Positions 10,893 to 20,505 of a stretch of DNA of 64,000 nucleotides are shown one piece after another. Position 1 is the first letter of the stretch, and every line of letters begins with the position of its first letter. The stretch lies in assembly GCA_958296135.2 (NCBI GenBank), contig CATQHZ020000001.1:3744001-3808000 (forward strand), written 5' to 3'. The notes under the pieces were generated by a model. It made no database searches. It saw only the letters and a program-made list of their open reading frames with translations, and was not told the origin of the DNA. The stretch is from an uncultured Poribacteria bacterium. Lineage in GTDB: Bacteria; Poribacteria; WGA-4E; WGA-3G. Made by a program: the position numbers and the translations under genes.

Positions 10893-11410
10893 GGCGAGGG
10901 CCTGTCCCTCGCCGTGCATCGGTCTATTGAACGTCACTTCTTCACCGTAGGGCGCGGTCCTGTGCCTCGCCATGTATCGATCTATCAAGAAACGATCGCG
11001 GCGGCCAGGCCACTACGGGACGAAGGACGATCGCGGGGGACAAGAACACCCCACTTCACCGTAGGGCGAGGGCCTGTCCCTCGCCATGTATCGGTCTATC
11101 AAGAAACGTTCGCGGCGGACAGGCCACTACGGGACGAAGGACGATCGCGGGGGACAGGCCCCCGCGCTACGGGCACCGGGGGGTTGTCTGATACCGTAGG
11201 GCGAGGGCCTGTGCCTCGCCAGGCATCGGGCCATCGAGAAACGTTCGCGGCGGACAAGAACACCCCACTTCACCGTAGGGCGAGGTCCTGTGCCTCGCCA
11301 GGCATCGGGCCATCAAGAAGCGTTCGCGGCGGACAAGAACACCCCACTTCACCGTAGGGCGAGGTCCTGTGCCTCGCCAGGCATCGGGCCATCGAGAAAC
11401 GTTCGCGGCG
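10884..11410. repeat. Tandem REP/REPIN-like array
   Basis: About six copies of CCGTAGGGCGAGG(G/T)CCTGT(C/G)CCTCGCC, with repeated spacers (AAACGTTCGCGGCGGACAAGAACACCCCACTTCA). Confidence 0.9.
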
Positions 11411-11580
11411 GACAGTGGACATCTCTGCAGCGAGGCTGCAGAGATGACAACGTTAAAGTAAGTAAGGTAGCGTGTTTACGCGGGGCGACACACGCACATT
11501 TTCTGTAGACGTGACCGTGACGGCCCCCGCGCTACGGGCCGAAAAACGTCACGCCGACAACCCTCATGGAGGAACTTGTC

Positions 11581-11817
11581 ATGAAAGAAACACGCCAAAA
11601 GTATCCGATCCCCGACTTCGATCCGGAGACTTACACAGACCCGATCCTCGAAGAATGCTACCAGATGAAACGGGAGTTCAGCGCGCAGTTCAAGGACCTT
11701 GATGAACTCCACGACTATTTGGTGGCACAAGGAAAAAAGCGGCGGAAAGAGGGCAAATGGAAATATGCCCCGCTGCCGCCGCACCTGACCGAGGATCCCG
11801 ACCCGGGGGAAGACTAG
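11581..11817 (+). CDS. Small hypothetical protein, paralogue 1
   Basis: GGAGG SD; conserved against the adjacent paralogue (KYPIPDFDPETYTDPILEECY). Confidence 0.75.
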   Translation: MKETRQKYPIPDFDPETYTDPILEECYQMKREFSAQFKDLDELHDYLVAQGKKRRKEGKWKYAPLPPHLTEDPDPGED

Positions 11818-11911
11818 CCCGGCTTGACGCAGATCCACCGCGTTGTCGCGGCGGCAGGGTTGTCGGCCTGTCATCATCTGCACGCCGACAACCCTCATGG
11901 AGGAACTTGTC

Positions 11912-12145
11912 ATGAAAGAAATACAACAAAAGTATCCGATCCCCGATTTCGATCCGGAGACTTACACAGACCCAATTCTCGAAGAATGCTATCGGATAAA
12001 GCGGGAGTATAGCGAGGAACTCAAGAACATTGAAGACCTCGAGGCGTATTTCATAGCCCGAGAGATAGAAAATCGGAAGAAAGGCCACAAATATCTCCCG
12101 ATTCCGCCAAACTTGGCGCGCTATCCTCATCAGGAGGAAGACTAA
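11912..12145 (+). CDS. Small hypothetical protein, paralogue 2
   Basis: Same upstream sequence, SD and N-terminus as 11581..11817. Confidence 0.75.
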   Translation: MKEIQQKYPIPDFDPETYTDPILEECYRIKREYSEELKNIEDLEAYFIAREIENRKKGHKYLPIPPNLARYPHQEED

Positions 12146-12220
12146 CCCCCGCGTCGTCGCGGCGGATAGAGACATCCGTCCTTACATCTGACCTGCACTA
12201 CAGAGGCAAGACGCATCAAC

Positions 12221-15200
12221 CTAAGGGCTCCACCGCAGATCCAAGGTATACGGATACTCCGGATTAACATCATCGGGCGGCACATCTGCCGGGCCTACCT
12301 CCGAACCACCGGCCACAAACTGCCCCGAGGCAGGCAGCGCAGGCCGCTGTTCAACAACCCCCGGGGTATGCCCTTCGCCGGTAAACCGACTCACCCGTCG
12401 CGATTCCGCCTCGTAAGCGTTTACCGGCAATGTCTCATAATGGCGCCCACCGGGATGAGAGACATGATAGGTGCAGCCACCAATCGCGCGCCCATGCCAC
12501 GTGTCAATCACGTCAAACACGAGCGGCGAGTGAATGCCAATAGTCGGATGCAGTGCTGATGGCGGCTGCCACGCCCGATACCGCACCGCCCCGACGTATT
12601 CGCCATGCGTGCCAGTACTGTGCAGCACCAAACGCTGTCCATTACACGTAACCGCATAACGAGAATCTGTCAATCCGCGCAATTTCACCTGCAGCCGTTC
12701 AACCGACGAATCCACGAAACGCGAAGTGCCAACACGGGCGATCTCCTCGCCAAGCACATGCCAGGGCTCAATCGCCATCCGTAATTCCAAGGCTATCTCG
12801 CGGATGCTTACCGTGCCTAACTTTGGAAAGCGGAATTCAAAAAACGGAGCAAGCCACGCCATGTCAAACCGATACCCAGCCGCTTGCAACTCCGCGACGA
12901 CTTCCTCCATGTCCGCCTTGACATAGTGGTGTAGCATGAACCGGTCGTGCAATTCCGTTCCCCAGCGCACTAGTTCCCCGGTGTAAGGCGTGCTCCAAAA
13001 CCGCGCAATCAGCGCACGGATAAGGAGCATCTGCACCACGCTCATCTGTGCGTGCGGGGGCATCTCAAATGCACGCAGTTCCAGTAACCCAAGCCGCCCG
13101 CTCGCTGAATCCGGCGCATACAACTTATCAATGCAAAATTCCGCCCGGTGCGTGTTGCCCGTCAAATCTACTAGCAAATGCCGCAGCAACCTATCCGCAA
13201 GCCAGAGCGGCGGTTCTTCTACGGTTTGCAACCCCGCTGCTTTATCCGGAATCTGCTGAAACGCCACCTCCAATTCATACAATTGTTCATCGCGCCCCTC
13301 ATCAACGCGCGGTGCTTGACTCGTCGGCCCGATGAACGTCCCAGAAAACAGATAAGACAACCCCGGGTGATGCTGCCAATACGTAATGAGGCTCCGCAGC
13401 AAATCAGGGCGCCGCAACAACGGACTATCCGCCGGTGTCGGCCCACCGATGACGATGTGATTGCCGCCGCCTGTCCCCGTGTGCCGCCCATCCAGCATAA
13501 ACTTCTCTGCACTCAACCCCACCTGCCGCGCAGCTTCATAAAGCGTCGTGATATTATGAACGAGTTGATGCCAATTCTCCGCAGGCTGAATGTTCACCTC
13601 CACTACGCCCGGGTCGGGTGCAACGCTAAGCAACTGAATCCGCCAATCCTGCGGTACCTCATACCCTTCTAAAATGACAGGGATGGCTAACGCCTCGGCT
13701 GTCGTCTCAACCGCAGCAAGGAGCGACAGATAATGTTCAAGATGCGTCAGAGGTGGCATGAAAACGTGCAACCGTCCCTCGCGCGGCTCAATACACACCG
13801 CGGTTTGAAAAACCTTTTTTTCCGAATCACTCTGGCCCTCGTCGGCACGGTTTTCAACCGCGCTCTCTTCTGGTTCCCGATTGCCAATCGCGTCCTCTAT
13901 CTGCTGTGTGAGTGCCGCCCGCGCCTCCAACGGATCCCGTTCATAAATCTGCTCCTGCTCTTCAGACAGCGATTCAAGCGGCAGCCGATACCCCATCGGC
14001 GAATTGCCCGGCACCAAATACATCCGACTCTCTCTGAATTCCCACGCGCAACTCGCCCATCGCTCATCCTCCCATCGCAACGGTAACGCATAGCCGACCG
14101 GCTCACCGAGACTCTCCTCTCGTAGCAACTGCGCCAACCGCCGCCTCTCCGATGCCTCTTTAAAATTGAATTCAAGGGGATTGACGTTGACCGGCAGCTT
14201 GCTCTCTGTCCACAGAAAAAAGAGGCTGTCCTCATACCCCGGAGAAATATGCGAGCCATTAACACCCAAAACCGTCGCGAGGTGGCGCAAAAACCGTTCC
14301 GCATGTTCGCGCGTGAAGCCGTAATTCTTCTGCGGTTCAGCAAGCAACTTATCGTTTTTCCAAATAGGGATACCATCTTTCCGCCAAAAACACCCGAATT
14401 TCCAGCGCGGCAGCGGTTCACCGGGATACCATTTCCCTTGTCCATAAGTCAGCGCGCCGCCCGGTCCAAAACTTTCGCGCAGCCGCTTCAGCAACTGCAT
14501 GGCAAGTTGCTGCTTTTCTGGGCTGTCCGCTTTGGTATCCCACTCAGCACCCTCCGCAGGCTCGGTATCCAAGCGCGCATCCTCTCCCGTAGGCGCGGTC
14601 TCCAAGCGCGCATCCTTCACAAAAGTCGGCTCTCCTCCCATCGTCAACCGAATATCCTCGCGCATTATCACCTCATCAACGTGCTCTCCGAGCGCGCAGA
14701 TCTCCTGCCACTGCGTCTGCGTGTAAGGTTTCGTAACGCGCGGGTCCTCGTGAATCCGATGCACCGTGTTGCGATACGTAAATTCGGTCTCGCACTTTCC
14801 CGTGGTGCCGGTGACAGGTGCTGCACTCACCGGTTCTGGCACGCACGCCAACGGGATATGTCCCTCACTCGCCAACAAGCCGGAAGTCGGATCGAGGCCT
14901 ATCCATCCCGCGCCCGGCGCGTAAACCTCGCACCACGCATGCAAATCGGTGAAATCCCGCGCGGTCCCGGCAGGGCCCTCAATCGGCTTCTGATCTGCAA
15001 CAAGCTGCACGAGGTACCCAGAGACAAACCGTGCCGCTAACCCCAAGTGCCGCAGCATCTGAACGAGCAACCACCCGGTATCCCGACAAGAGCCAGTCCC
15101 TCTCTCCAACGTCTCCTCACAAGCTCGAATGCCCGGCTCCATCCGAATGGTATATTTTATCTCCTCAGCAAGGCGACGATTGACCTCAACCAGAAAATCA

Positions 15201-15631
15201 ATTAATTTAGTGCCACTCTCCCGGTAGCGAATGTTTGCCAACCGCTCCATCAACCGCGGGCCACTCTCCTTCACTTCGAGAAAAGGTGCCAACTCTTTTT
15301 GAAGTTGCGCCTCATAGCAAAACGGATAACGCTCGGCACTCGCCTCAAGGAAAAAATCAAACGCGTTAATCGGTGTCATGTCGGCAACCAGAGCTACCTC
15401 AACAGACAGGGTGCGAGTTGGCTCCGGAAAAATGACGCGCGCCTGATAATTTCCAAACGGATCTTGCTGCCAATTGATGAAATGTTCTTCCGGCTTAATT
15501 TTCAGCGAATACGCTTCAATCGGCGTTCGGCAATGCGCCGCAGGCTTCAACCGAAAAATATGCGGCGACAGCATCACCGTCCGGTCATAGCGATATTCAG
15601 AAAGATGGTGGATTGCTACATGAATTGCCAT
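12221..15631 (-). CDS. Transglutaminase domain fused to DUF2126 (putative amidoligase)
   Basis: GSCRDTGW, DLHAW and GLDPTSG, followed by MGGEPTFV, GKWYPGEPLPRW, PDPGVVEVN, TGGGNH, HRAEFCIDKL and ELRAFEMPPH. Confidence 0.9.
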   Translation of the reverse strand: MAIHVAIHHLSEYRYDRTVMLSPHIFRLKPAAHCRTPIEAYSLKIKPEEHFINWQQDPFGNYQARVIFPEPTRTLSVEVALVADMTPINAFDFFLEASAERYPFCYEAQLQKELAPFLEVKESGPRLMERLANIRYRESGTKLIDFLVEVNRRLAEEIKYTIRMEPGIRACEETLERGTGSCRDTGWLLVQMLRHLGLAARFVSGYLVQLVADQKPIEGPAGTARDFTDLHAWCEVYAPGAGWIGLDPTSGLLASEGHIPLACVPEPVSAAPVTGTTGKCETEFTYRNTVHRIHEDPRVTKPYTQTQWQEICALGEHVDEVIMREDIRLTMGGEPTFVKDARLETAPTGEDARLDTEPAEGAEWDTKADSPEKQQLAMQLLKRLRESFGPGGALTYGQGKWYPGEPLPRWKFGCFWRKDGIPIWKNDKLLAEPQKNYGFTREHAERFLRHLATVLGVNGSHISPGYEDSLFFLWTESKLPVNVNPLEFNFKEASERRRLAQLLREESLGEPVGYALPLRWEDERWASCAWEFRESRMYLVPGNSPMGYRLPLESLSEEQEQIYERDPLEARAALTQQIEDAIGNREPEESAVENRADEGQSDSEKKVFQTAVCIEPREGRLHVFMPPLTHLEHYLSLLAAVETTAEALAIPVILEGYEVPQDWRIQLLSVAPDPGVVEVNIQPAENWHQLVHNITTLYEAARQVGLSAEKFMLDGRHTGTGGGNHIVIGGPTPADSPLLRRPDLLRSLITYWQHHPGLSYLFSGTFIGPTSQAPRVDEGRDEQLYELEVAFQQIPDKAAGLQTVEEPPLWLADRLLRHLLVDLTGNTHRAEFCIDKLYAPDSASGRLGLLELRAFEMPPHAQMSVVQMLLIRALIARFWSTPYTGELVRWGTELHDRFMLHHYVKADMEEVVAELQAAGYRFDMAWLAPFFEFRFPKLGTVSIREIALELRMAIEPWHVLGEEIARVGTSRFVDSSVERLQVKLRGLTDSRYAVTCNGQRLVLHSTGTHGEYVGAVRYRAWQPPSALHPTIGIHSPLVFDVIDTWHGRAIGGCTYHVSHPGGRHYETLPVNAYEAESRRVSRFTGEGHTPGVVEQRPALPASGQFVAGGSEVGPADVPPDDVNPEYPYTLDLRWSP

Positions 15632-15658
15632 TTTTGATATATCTGTCTCCTCGCGCGG

Positions 15659-16648
15659 CTAGTTATATTGACTTTGAACCTGTCCATTCGCCGCCGCGTC
15701 CTCAACGGGCCGCAGCGCAAAGAACATTTCATGAATATCCGCTCCAACGAGGTTGAGCTTCGTCTGGAATGCATCCAGAAACTCATGCAACCCGCTGGAG
15801 AGCACCTGCTTCACTTGTGCATAAGCAAATTCAGAACGGAGCTGCCCCAATCGCTGCTCTGCCGGGTTCGAGAACGTCTCCAAGGGCGTGCCAGAAATGG
15901 CGTGTAGGGATTCCTCGGCCCTGGAGAGGCAGTGTAGCACGGAGCGCGGAAATTCCCGGTCCAGCAACAAAAACTTGACGACCGGCGTCGGCGAGATGAG
16001 TCCGTAGGTGCGGCGATACATTTCAAACGCGCTTGCAGAATGCAACAGCGCACCCCACTGAATATCATCAAATGAGGTATCGATGTGCCAGACAGATGGC
16101 AAGAGAATGAAGTACTTCACATCAACGATGCGCGAGGTTTTGTCGGCCCGCTCAATCAACCGGCCAAGGCGGCAGAAGTGCCACCCCTCGCTGTGCGACA
16201 TGCTGTTATCTGTCAACCCTATAAACAGATGGGATGCCATTTTGATGTCACTGAAAAATTCATGAGGCTCCGCCATCGCCCACTCCTCCGCCGTCTCCAT
16301 CACCGTCAAATAGGCAAGATTGAGCTGCTCCCACATCTCCGATGAGATATTCTCACGGATAGAACGCGCATTCTCCCGTGCTGCGCGTAGGCAGGAGATA
16401 ATTGAGTTTGGATTTTTGGTGTCAAACGTGAGAAACCGAATCACCGCCTCCTGCGATGCTTCGCCGTATCGTTCGGCGAATACCTCATCGTCGCCTGTCG
16501 TGGCGACCAGGGGCTGCCACTGTGTCTCCATCCCCACAGGCAAATCCAGCATGAGGTGCAGATTCACATCCACAAACCGCGCAACGTTCTCCGCGCGCTC
16601 AATGTAGCGGCTCATCCAATAAATCGATTCTGCTACGCGACTCAGCAT
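15659..16648 (-). CDS. Alpha-E domain (DUF403) protein
   Basis: MLSRVAESIYWMSRYIERAEN, ARENAR and LGRLIERADKT. Confidence 0.9.
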   Translation of the reverse strand: MLSRVAESIYWMSRYIERAENVARFVDVNLHLMLDLPVGMETQWQPLVATTGDDEVFAERYGEASQEAVIRFLTFDTKNPNSIISCLRAARENARSIRENISSEMWEQLNLAYLTVMETAEEWAMAEPHEFFSDIKMASHLFIGLTDNSMSHSEGWHFCRLGRLIERADKTSRIVDVKYFILLPSVWHIDTSFDDIQWGALLHSASAFEMYRRTYGLISPTPVVKFLLLDREFPRSVLHCLSRAEESLHAISGTPLETFSNPAEQRLGQLRSEFAYAQVKQVLSSGLHEFLDAFQTKLNLVGADIHEMFFALRPVEDAAANGQVQSQYN

Positions 16649-16657
16649 AATCCTATT

Positions 16658-16800
16658 CCGCTCCCTAGAACTTATGATACTCTGGACAAATCTATCCTAA
16701 TCTGACCTGTCCTCTTATCTGTCGTAGTTGCTGTTTCAACGCGGCTTGCCTCCGAGTGAGGTCTTATAGTCGCTCCGCAGCCGTTTTACCTCTCCGTCAA
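16658..16800 (-). ncRNA. Putative TnpB omega/reRNA scaffold
   Basis: Lies between the tnpB 3' end and the inferred right end, the established location of omegaRNA. Its structure was not verified. Confidence 0.4.
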
Positions 16801-17924
16801 GCTCGCGGCGAGGTTTCTTAAATTATGCGCGGCATTCAAGTCGCGGTCGATGACCACGCCACATGCCTCGCAGTGATATGTCCGCTCCGAAAGGGACAAC
16901 TTCGTCTTCTTATTCCCGCAAGCACTGCACGTCTTCGATGACGGGAAGTTCAACGGTGCTTCGATAATCTCAACGCCGTGTGCCTCTGCCTTATACCGAA
17001 GCATCGTCAGGAAACCACTTAATGACGCATCGCTCAACGCCTTTGCAAGACGGCGGTTTTTCAACAAGCCTGCTACGCGTAGACGCTCGATGCCGAGAAC
17101 GTCAGCCGCTTTCACAATCGCTGTGCTGGTTTTCCTTGTGATGGGCATCCTCACGGAGACAGCAGATACGATAGTGACTCTTCTGAACGCGGAACTGCTT
17201 CCGATACCAGTTTCTGCTTCGGTAAACCGAACGAGATAGCTGACGCTGCGCACGCCGCAACTTCCGTAGATAGCGGTAGAGTGCCTTCGGGTTTTCAAAC
17301 TCAACACCATCGGATGTCACAGCAAGTGTCTTGATGCCAACATCAACACCAACTACCCGCATAGGAACCGCCTCAGAACGCACCCGTGGCGCACTGTCGG
17401 AAACCACCTTCACGAGAAACGATAGAAACCACCTTCACGAGAACCGATAGAAACCACCTGCCTGCACGTTTTGAGACGACACACCGACGAATCTCGCCAC
17501 GCCAACGCAACTTCTCGCGCAGGCGAACCCAGCCAATCTTCGGAAGGTTGACACGCTTTTTCTCTACCTTCACCGTGCCTGCGCCGTTGTCAGCTTGGTA
17601 GGAACTCCTACCAGATCGGTTCTTATAGCGCGGGAAACGGTTTTGTTTAGATATCCAGCGTTTCACTGCATCACCGAGATTGCAAATCCCATTCTTCGAT
17701 GCATTTTGACTGAGCTCGCGGCACCACGGATAGCGTTCATCTTTCACGGCGTTGAACCGTTTGCGCAAGTCCCTATCGGATAGGAATTCATCGCGATCGA
17801 GTGCCGCCTTGAATTCCGAGAGCGCATGGTTACGTGCCACGCGGGCATAGCCGCAGTGCTTTGCAAGTAGCGTCGCCTGCTTATTATTCGGGTCCAACGC
17901 AATTAAATGCGCTTTCAATGCCAT
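16786..17924 (-). pseudogene. tnpB: TnpB RNA-guided endonuclease, split over three frames
   Basis: MALKAHLIALDPNNKQ, LPKIGWVRL, VGVDVGIK, IERL, SSKTCSACG and DRDLNAA. Frameshifts come from a 25-bp tandem duplication (17400-17449) and an indel near 17132. Confidence 0.9.
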
Positions 17925-18137
17925 AGGCGTCACCGTTCGCCGTTGTTTTTCCTTCCTACTCAGGTAAGGTGGAGGTGAGAGACACGGCGGGATGCCGCGC
18001 TTAGTAGGGCTCACCTCCCAACGGTAACTACATTCTACCACAAATCCAAGCCGACTGCAAGTCAAAATGCACATCGATAGATTAGGGTAGGTTCTGCTAG
18101 ATTCTCATAGAGTTCTCGCCACTGCACCGAGCCCCAT

Positions 18138-19592
18138 TTACGATGCATTCGACAACACCCACGTATCCTTACTCCCGCCGCCCTGCGAAGAGTTCACGAC
18201 GAGTGAGCCCTTCTTAAGCGCGACGCGCGTCAATCCACCAGGGAGGACATAAATCTCCTCGCCATAGAGGATAAACGGCCGCAAGTCAACGTGTCTGCCT
18301 TGAAAGTGCCACTTGGCATTGTCATCAATCAGCACAGGCACGCGCGAGAGGGCCAGCGTCGGCTGTGCAATGTAGTTGCGCGGATTCGCCTGAATGCGCC
18401 GAGCGAACTCCTCCTGCTCCGCTTTGGTGGAATGCGGGCCAATTAGCATCCCATACCCACCCGACTCGTTAGCGGCTTTGATAACGAGCTCATCCAGATG
18501 CTCCAGCACGTACTTCCGGTCGGAATCCTCCCAACACATATACGTTGGGACGTTCGGCACGATAATCTCTTCGCCGAGGTAATACTTGATAATCTTCGGC
18601 ACAAACGCGCACACCACCTTATCATCGGCAACGCAAGTGCCAGGAGCATTGACAAGCGCGATGCGCCCAGCTTGGTAAACCTCCATCAGCCCCGGCACAC
18701 CTAGCATCGATTCTGACTGGAACACTTTCGGATCCAAGAAATCATCGTTAATCCGGCGATAGAGGACATCAACGCGCTCAAACCCCTTCGTCGTCCGCAT
18801 GTGCAGAAACCCGTCAAGCACAACCAGATCGCGGCCCTCCACCAATTCCACCCCCATCTGCTGCGCGAGGAAGGAATGCTCAAAATAGGCAGAATTGTAG
18901 ACACCCGGCGTAAGGACAGCAACCTTCGGCGCGCTGATCTTGTCGTTTGCAAGGTATTGGAGCATGTTCAGCAAACGGCTCGGATAATCTTCCACTGGCT
19001 CAATCCGCGACATCCCAAACAGCTGCGGAAACGTCCGCTTCATCAGGTTCCGATTCTCCAACACGTAGGAGACTCCCGATGGACACCCGAGGTTGTCCTC
19101 CAACACATAATACTGGCCATCGCTGTCGCGCACCAAGTCTGTCCCGGTGATATGGCACCAGATGCGGCGCGGCGGGTTCAAACCGATGCACGGCTCAAGA
19201 TACCGGTCGGACGAAAGCACGACATCCGCCGGCACCACGCCATCCTTGAGAATCTTCTGTTCGTGGTAGACATCATCAATGAACAGATTCAAGGCGTGAA
19301 TACGCTGCTTAAGCCCGCGTTCTATCCACGCCCATTCGCTCGCGGCGATGATGCGCGGGATGAGGTCGAAGGGAAAAATCTTCTCAACGCCTTGTTCATC
19401 GGCATAGACGTTGAACGTAATGCCCATTTGCAGCAGCGCACGTTCGGCCGCAATCTGCCGACGCAGCAGTTCTCCAACTGGCAGCCGGTCGATATTTTCT
19501 ACCAACATCTGCGCGGCCGGGCGCGGGCTACCATCCGGTGCAAACATCTCATCAAAAAAATCGTCCGTGGAATATCCATCAAATATTGACAT
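18138..19592 (-). CDS. Circularly permuted type 2 ATP-grasp protein
   Basis: FPFDLIPR, VLEDN..CPSGVSYVLENR, NSAYFEHSFLA, HVDLRPF, PGGLTRVAL and VVNSSQGGGSKDTWV. Confidence 0.92.
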   Translation of the reverse strand: MSIFDGYSTDDFFDEMFAPDGSPRPAAQMLVENIDRLPVGELLRRQIAAERALLQMGITFNVYADEQGVEKIFPFDLIPRIIAASEWAWIERGLKQRIHALNLFIDDVYHEQKILKDGVVPADVVLSSDRYLEPCIGLNPPRRIWCHITGTDLVRDSDGQYYVLEDNLGCPSGVSYVLENRNLMKRTFPQLFGMSRIEPVEDYPSRLLNMLQYLANDKISAPKVAVLTPGVYNSAYFEHSFLAQQMGVELVEGRDLVVLDGFLHMRTTKGFERVDVLYRRINDDFLDPKVFQSESMLGVPGLMEVYQAGRIALVNAPGTCVADDKVVCAFVPKIIKYYLGEEIIVPNVPTYMCWEDSDRKYVLEHLDELVIKAANESGGYGMLIGPHSTKAEQEEFARRIQANPRNYIAQPTLALSRVPVLIDDNAKWHFQGRHVDLRPFILYGEEIYVLPGGLTRVALKKGSLVVNSSQGGGSKDTWVLSNAS

Positions 19593-19735
19593 TGCAATCT
19601 GCTCTCTTTCAGGCCGCCGGGCTACCGTAGGGCGCGGGCCCGGCAATCGCGAATCGCCGAGGGTTCCCCTCGCCATGCATCGTTCGTCCTAGGGCGGCAC
19701 CACTTGTGTTAATTTACCATATCTTTCCACAAATG

Positions 19736-20491
19736 TCAAATTTTGGAAGGACGATCTGGCGGCTGGGGCTGCGACTCAAACCCATAAATCCGACGCATTA
19801 CCGGTGTAGCGCGGGCAACTACCGCCGGCTCCAAATAATGCACGAAATCAAACATCGGTTTGATAAAGGAACGGCAACAGAAACAAATCAACGCAATCCG
19901 CGCCCGTCCGGTCTTATTCGCACCCGCAGAATGCCAGACTGCGCCGTTAAACAGAAATACCGAACCCTTCGGTGCAGACAGCCGCACCTCATCGGGATGA
20001 TGCGTCGTGCCAGGCGGCGGCTTCACCCCTCGCCGATGAATGCCCGGCACATACCGCGTGCCGCCGTTTTCCGGCGTAAAATCGTCCAGCAACCACAGGC
20101 TATTCGCCACGACAGGAAAACTCGGCAGGGGTTCCGGCATCGTGCCGAGCACGCTATCCACATGGTAACCTCCATCCGGCGCACCCGGTTCAATGATGTT
20201 GGAGGTAAGCGTGCTGAGCGTGTAATCCTCGCCGAGCAGGTATTCAAAAAACGGCATCACTTTCGGCCGGGCAACGAGCTGCTCGTAAATCTCACCCTTG
20301 TTCACCAACCACCGAACGTGTTGCCCGTGGTCATCGGTATGCCGGCGCGCGGCGCCAGCCCGCCGCTCCGCCGCTGCGAGGCGCAGCAAATCAGCCCGAT
20401 ACATATCGAGCTCCGCTGGAGCAAGCACATCGGGAATCACGATGCATCCCTGCTCATCCAATTGCCGCTTTTGCGCTTCAGTAATACCCAT
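19736..20491 (-). CDS. Phytanoyl-CoA dioxygenase (PhyH) family 2OG-Fe(II) oxygenase
   Basis: HVD and WHSAG iron-binding motifs; LDDFTPENGGTRYVPG.H. Confidence 0.88.
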   Translation of the reverse strand: MGITEAQKRQLDEQGCIVIPDVLAPAELDMYRADLLRLAAAERRAGAARRHTDDHGQHVRWLVNKGEIYEQLVARPKVMPFFEYLLGEDYTLSTLTSNIIEPGAPDGGYHVDSVLGTMPEPLPSFPVVANSLWLLDDFTPENGGTRYVPGIHRRGVKPPPGTTHHPDEVRLSAPKGSVFLFNGAVWHSAGANKTGRARIALICFCCRSFIKPMFDFVHYLEPAVVARATPVMRRIYGFESQPQPPDRPSKI

Positions 20492-20505
20492 TTTGCTTCC
20501 TCCCT

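Larger units (their letters stand above)
16658..18120 (-). mobile_element. Non-autonomous IS607-like element (tnpB only)
   Basis: Contains tnpB and no transposase. Both ends carry about 10-bp periodic AATCTA/AACCTA-like motifs in inverted orientation and end in GG (minus strand ...CAGTGG|CGAGAAC and ...GGGAGCGG|AATAGG). The boundaries are inferred. Confidence 0.65.

Noticed and set aside
10914-11508. ORFs with TVGRGPVPR / RRARSCASP repeats
   Set aside because: They are translations of REP arrays with no SD or protein-like composition; likewise 23048-23897, 26746-27214, 28267-28683 and 48150-48787.
11550-12170. Diversity-generating retroelement TR/VR pair
   Set aside because: The differences are not confined to adenines, both copies are intact genes, and no reverse transcriptase is present.
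16658-18120. IStron (group I intron-IS hybrid) or Cas12f system
   Set aside because: There is too little non-coding sequence for a group I core, the insertion is intergenic, and there is no CRISPR array.
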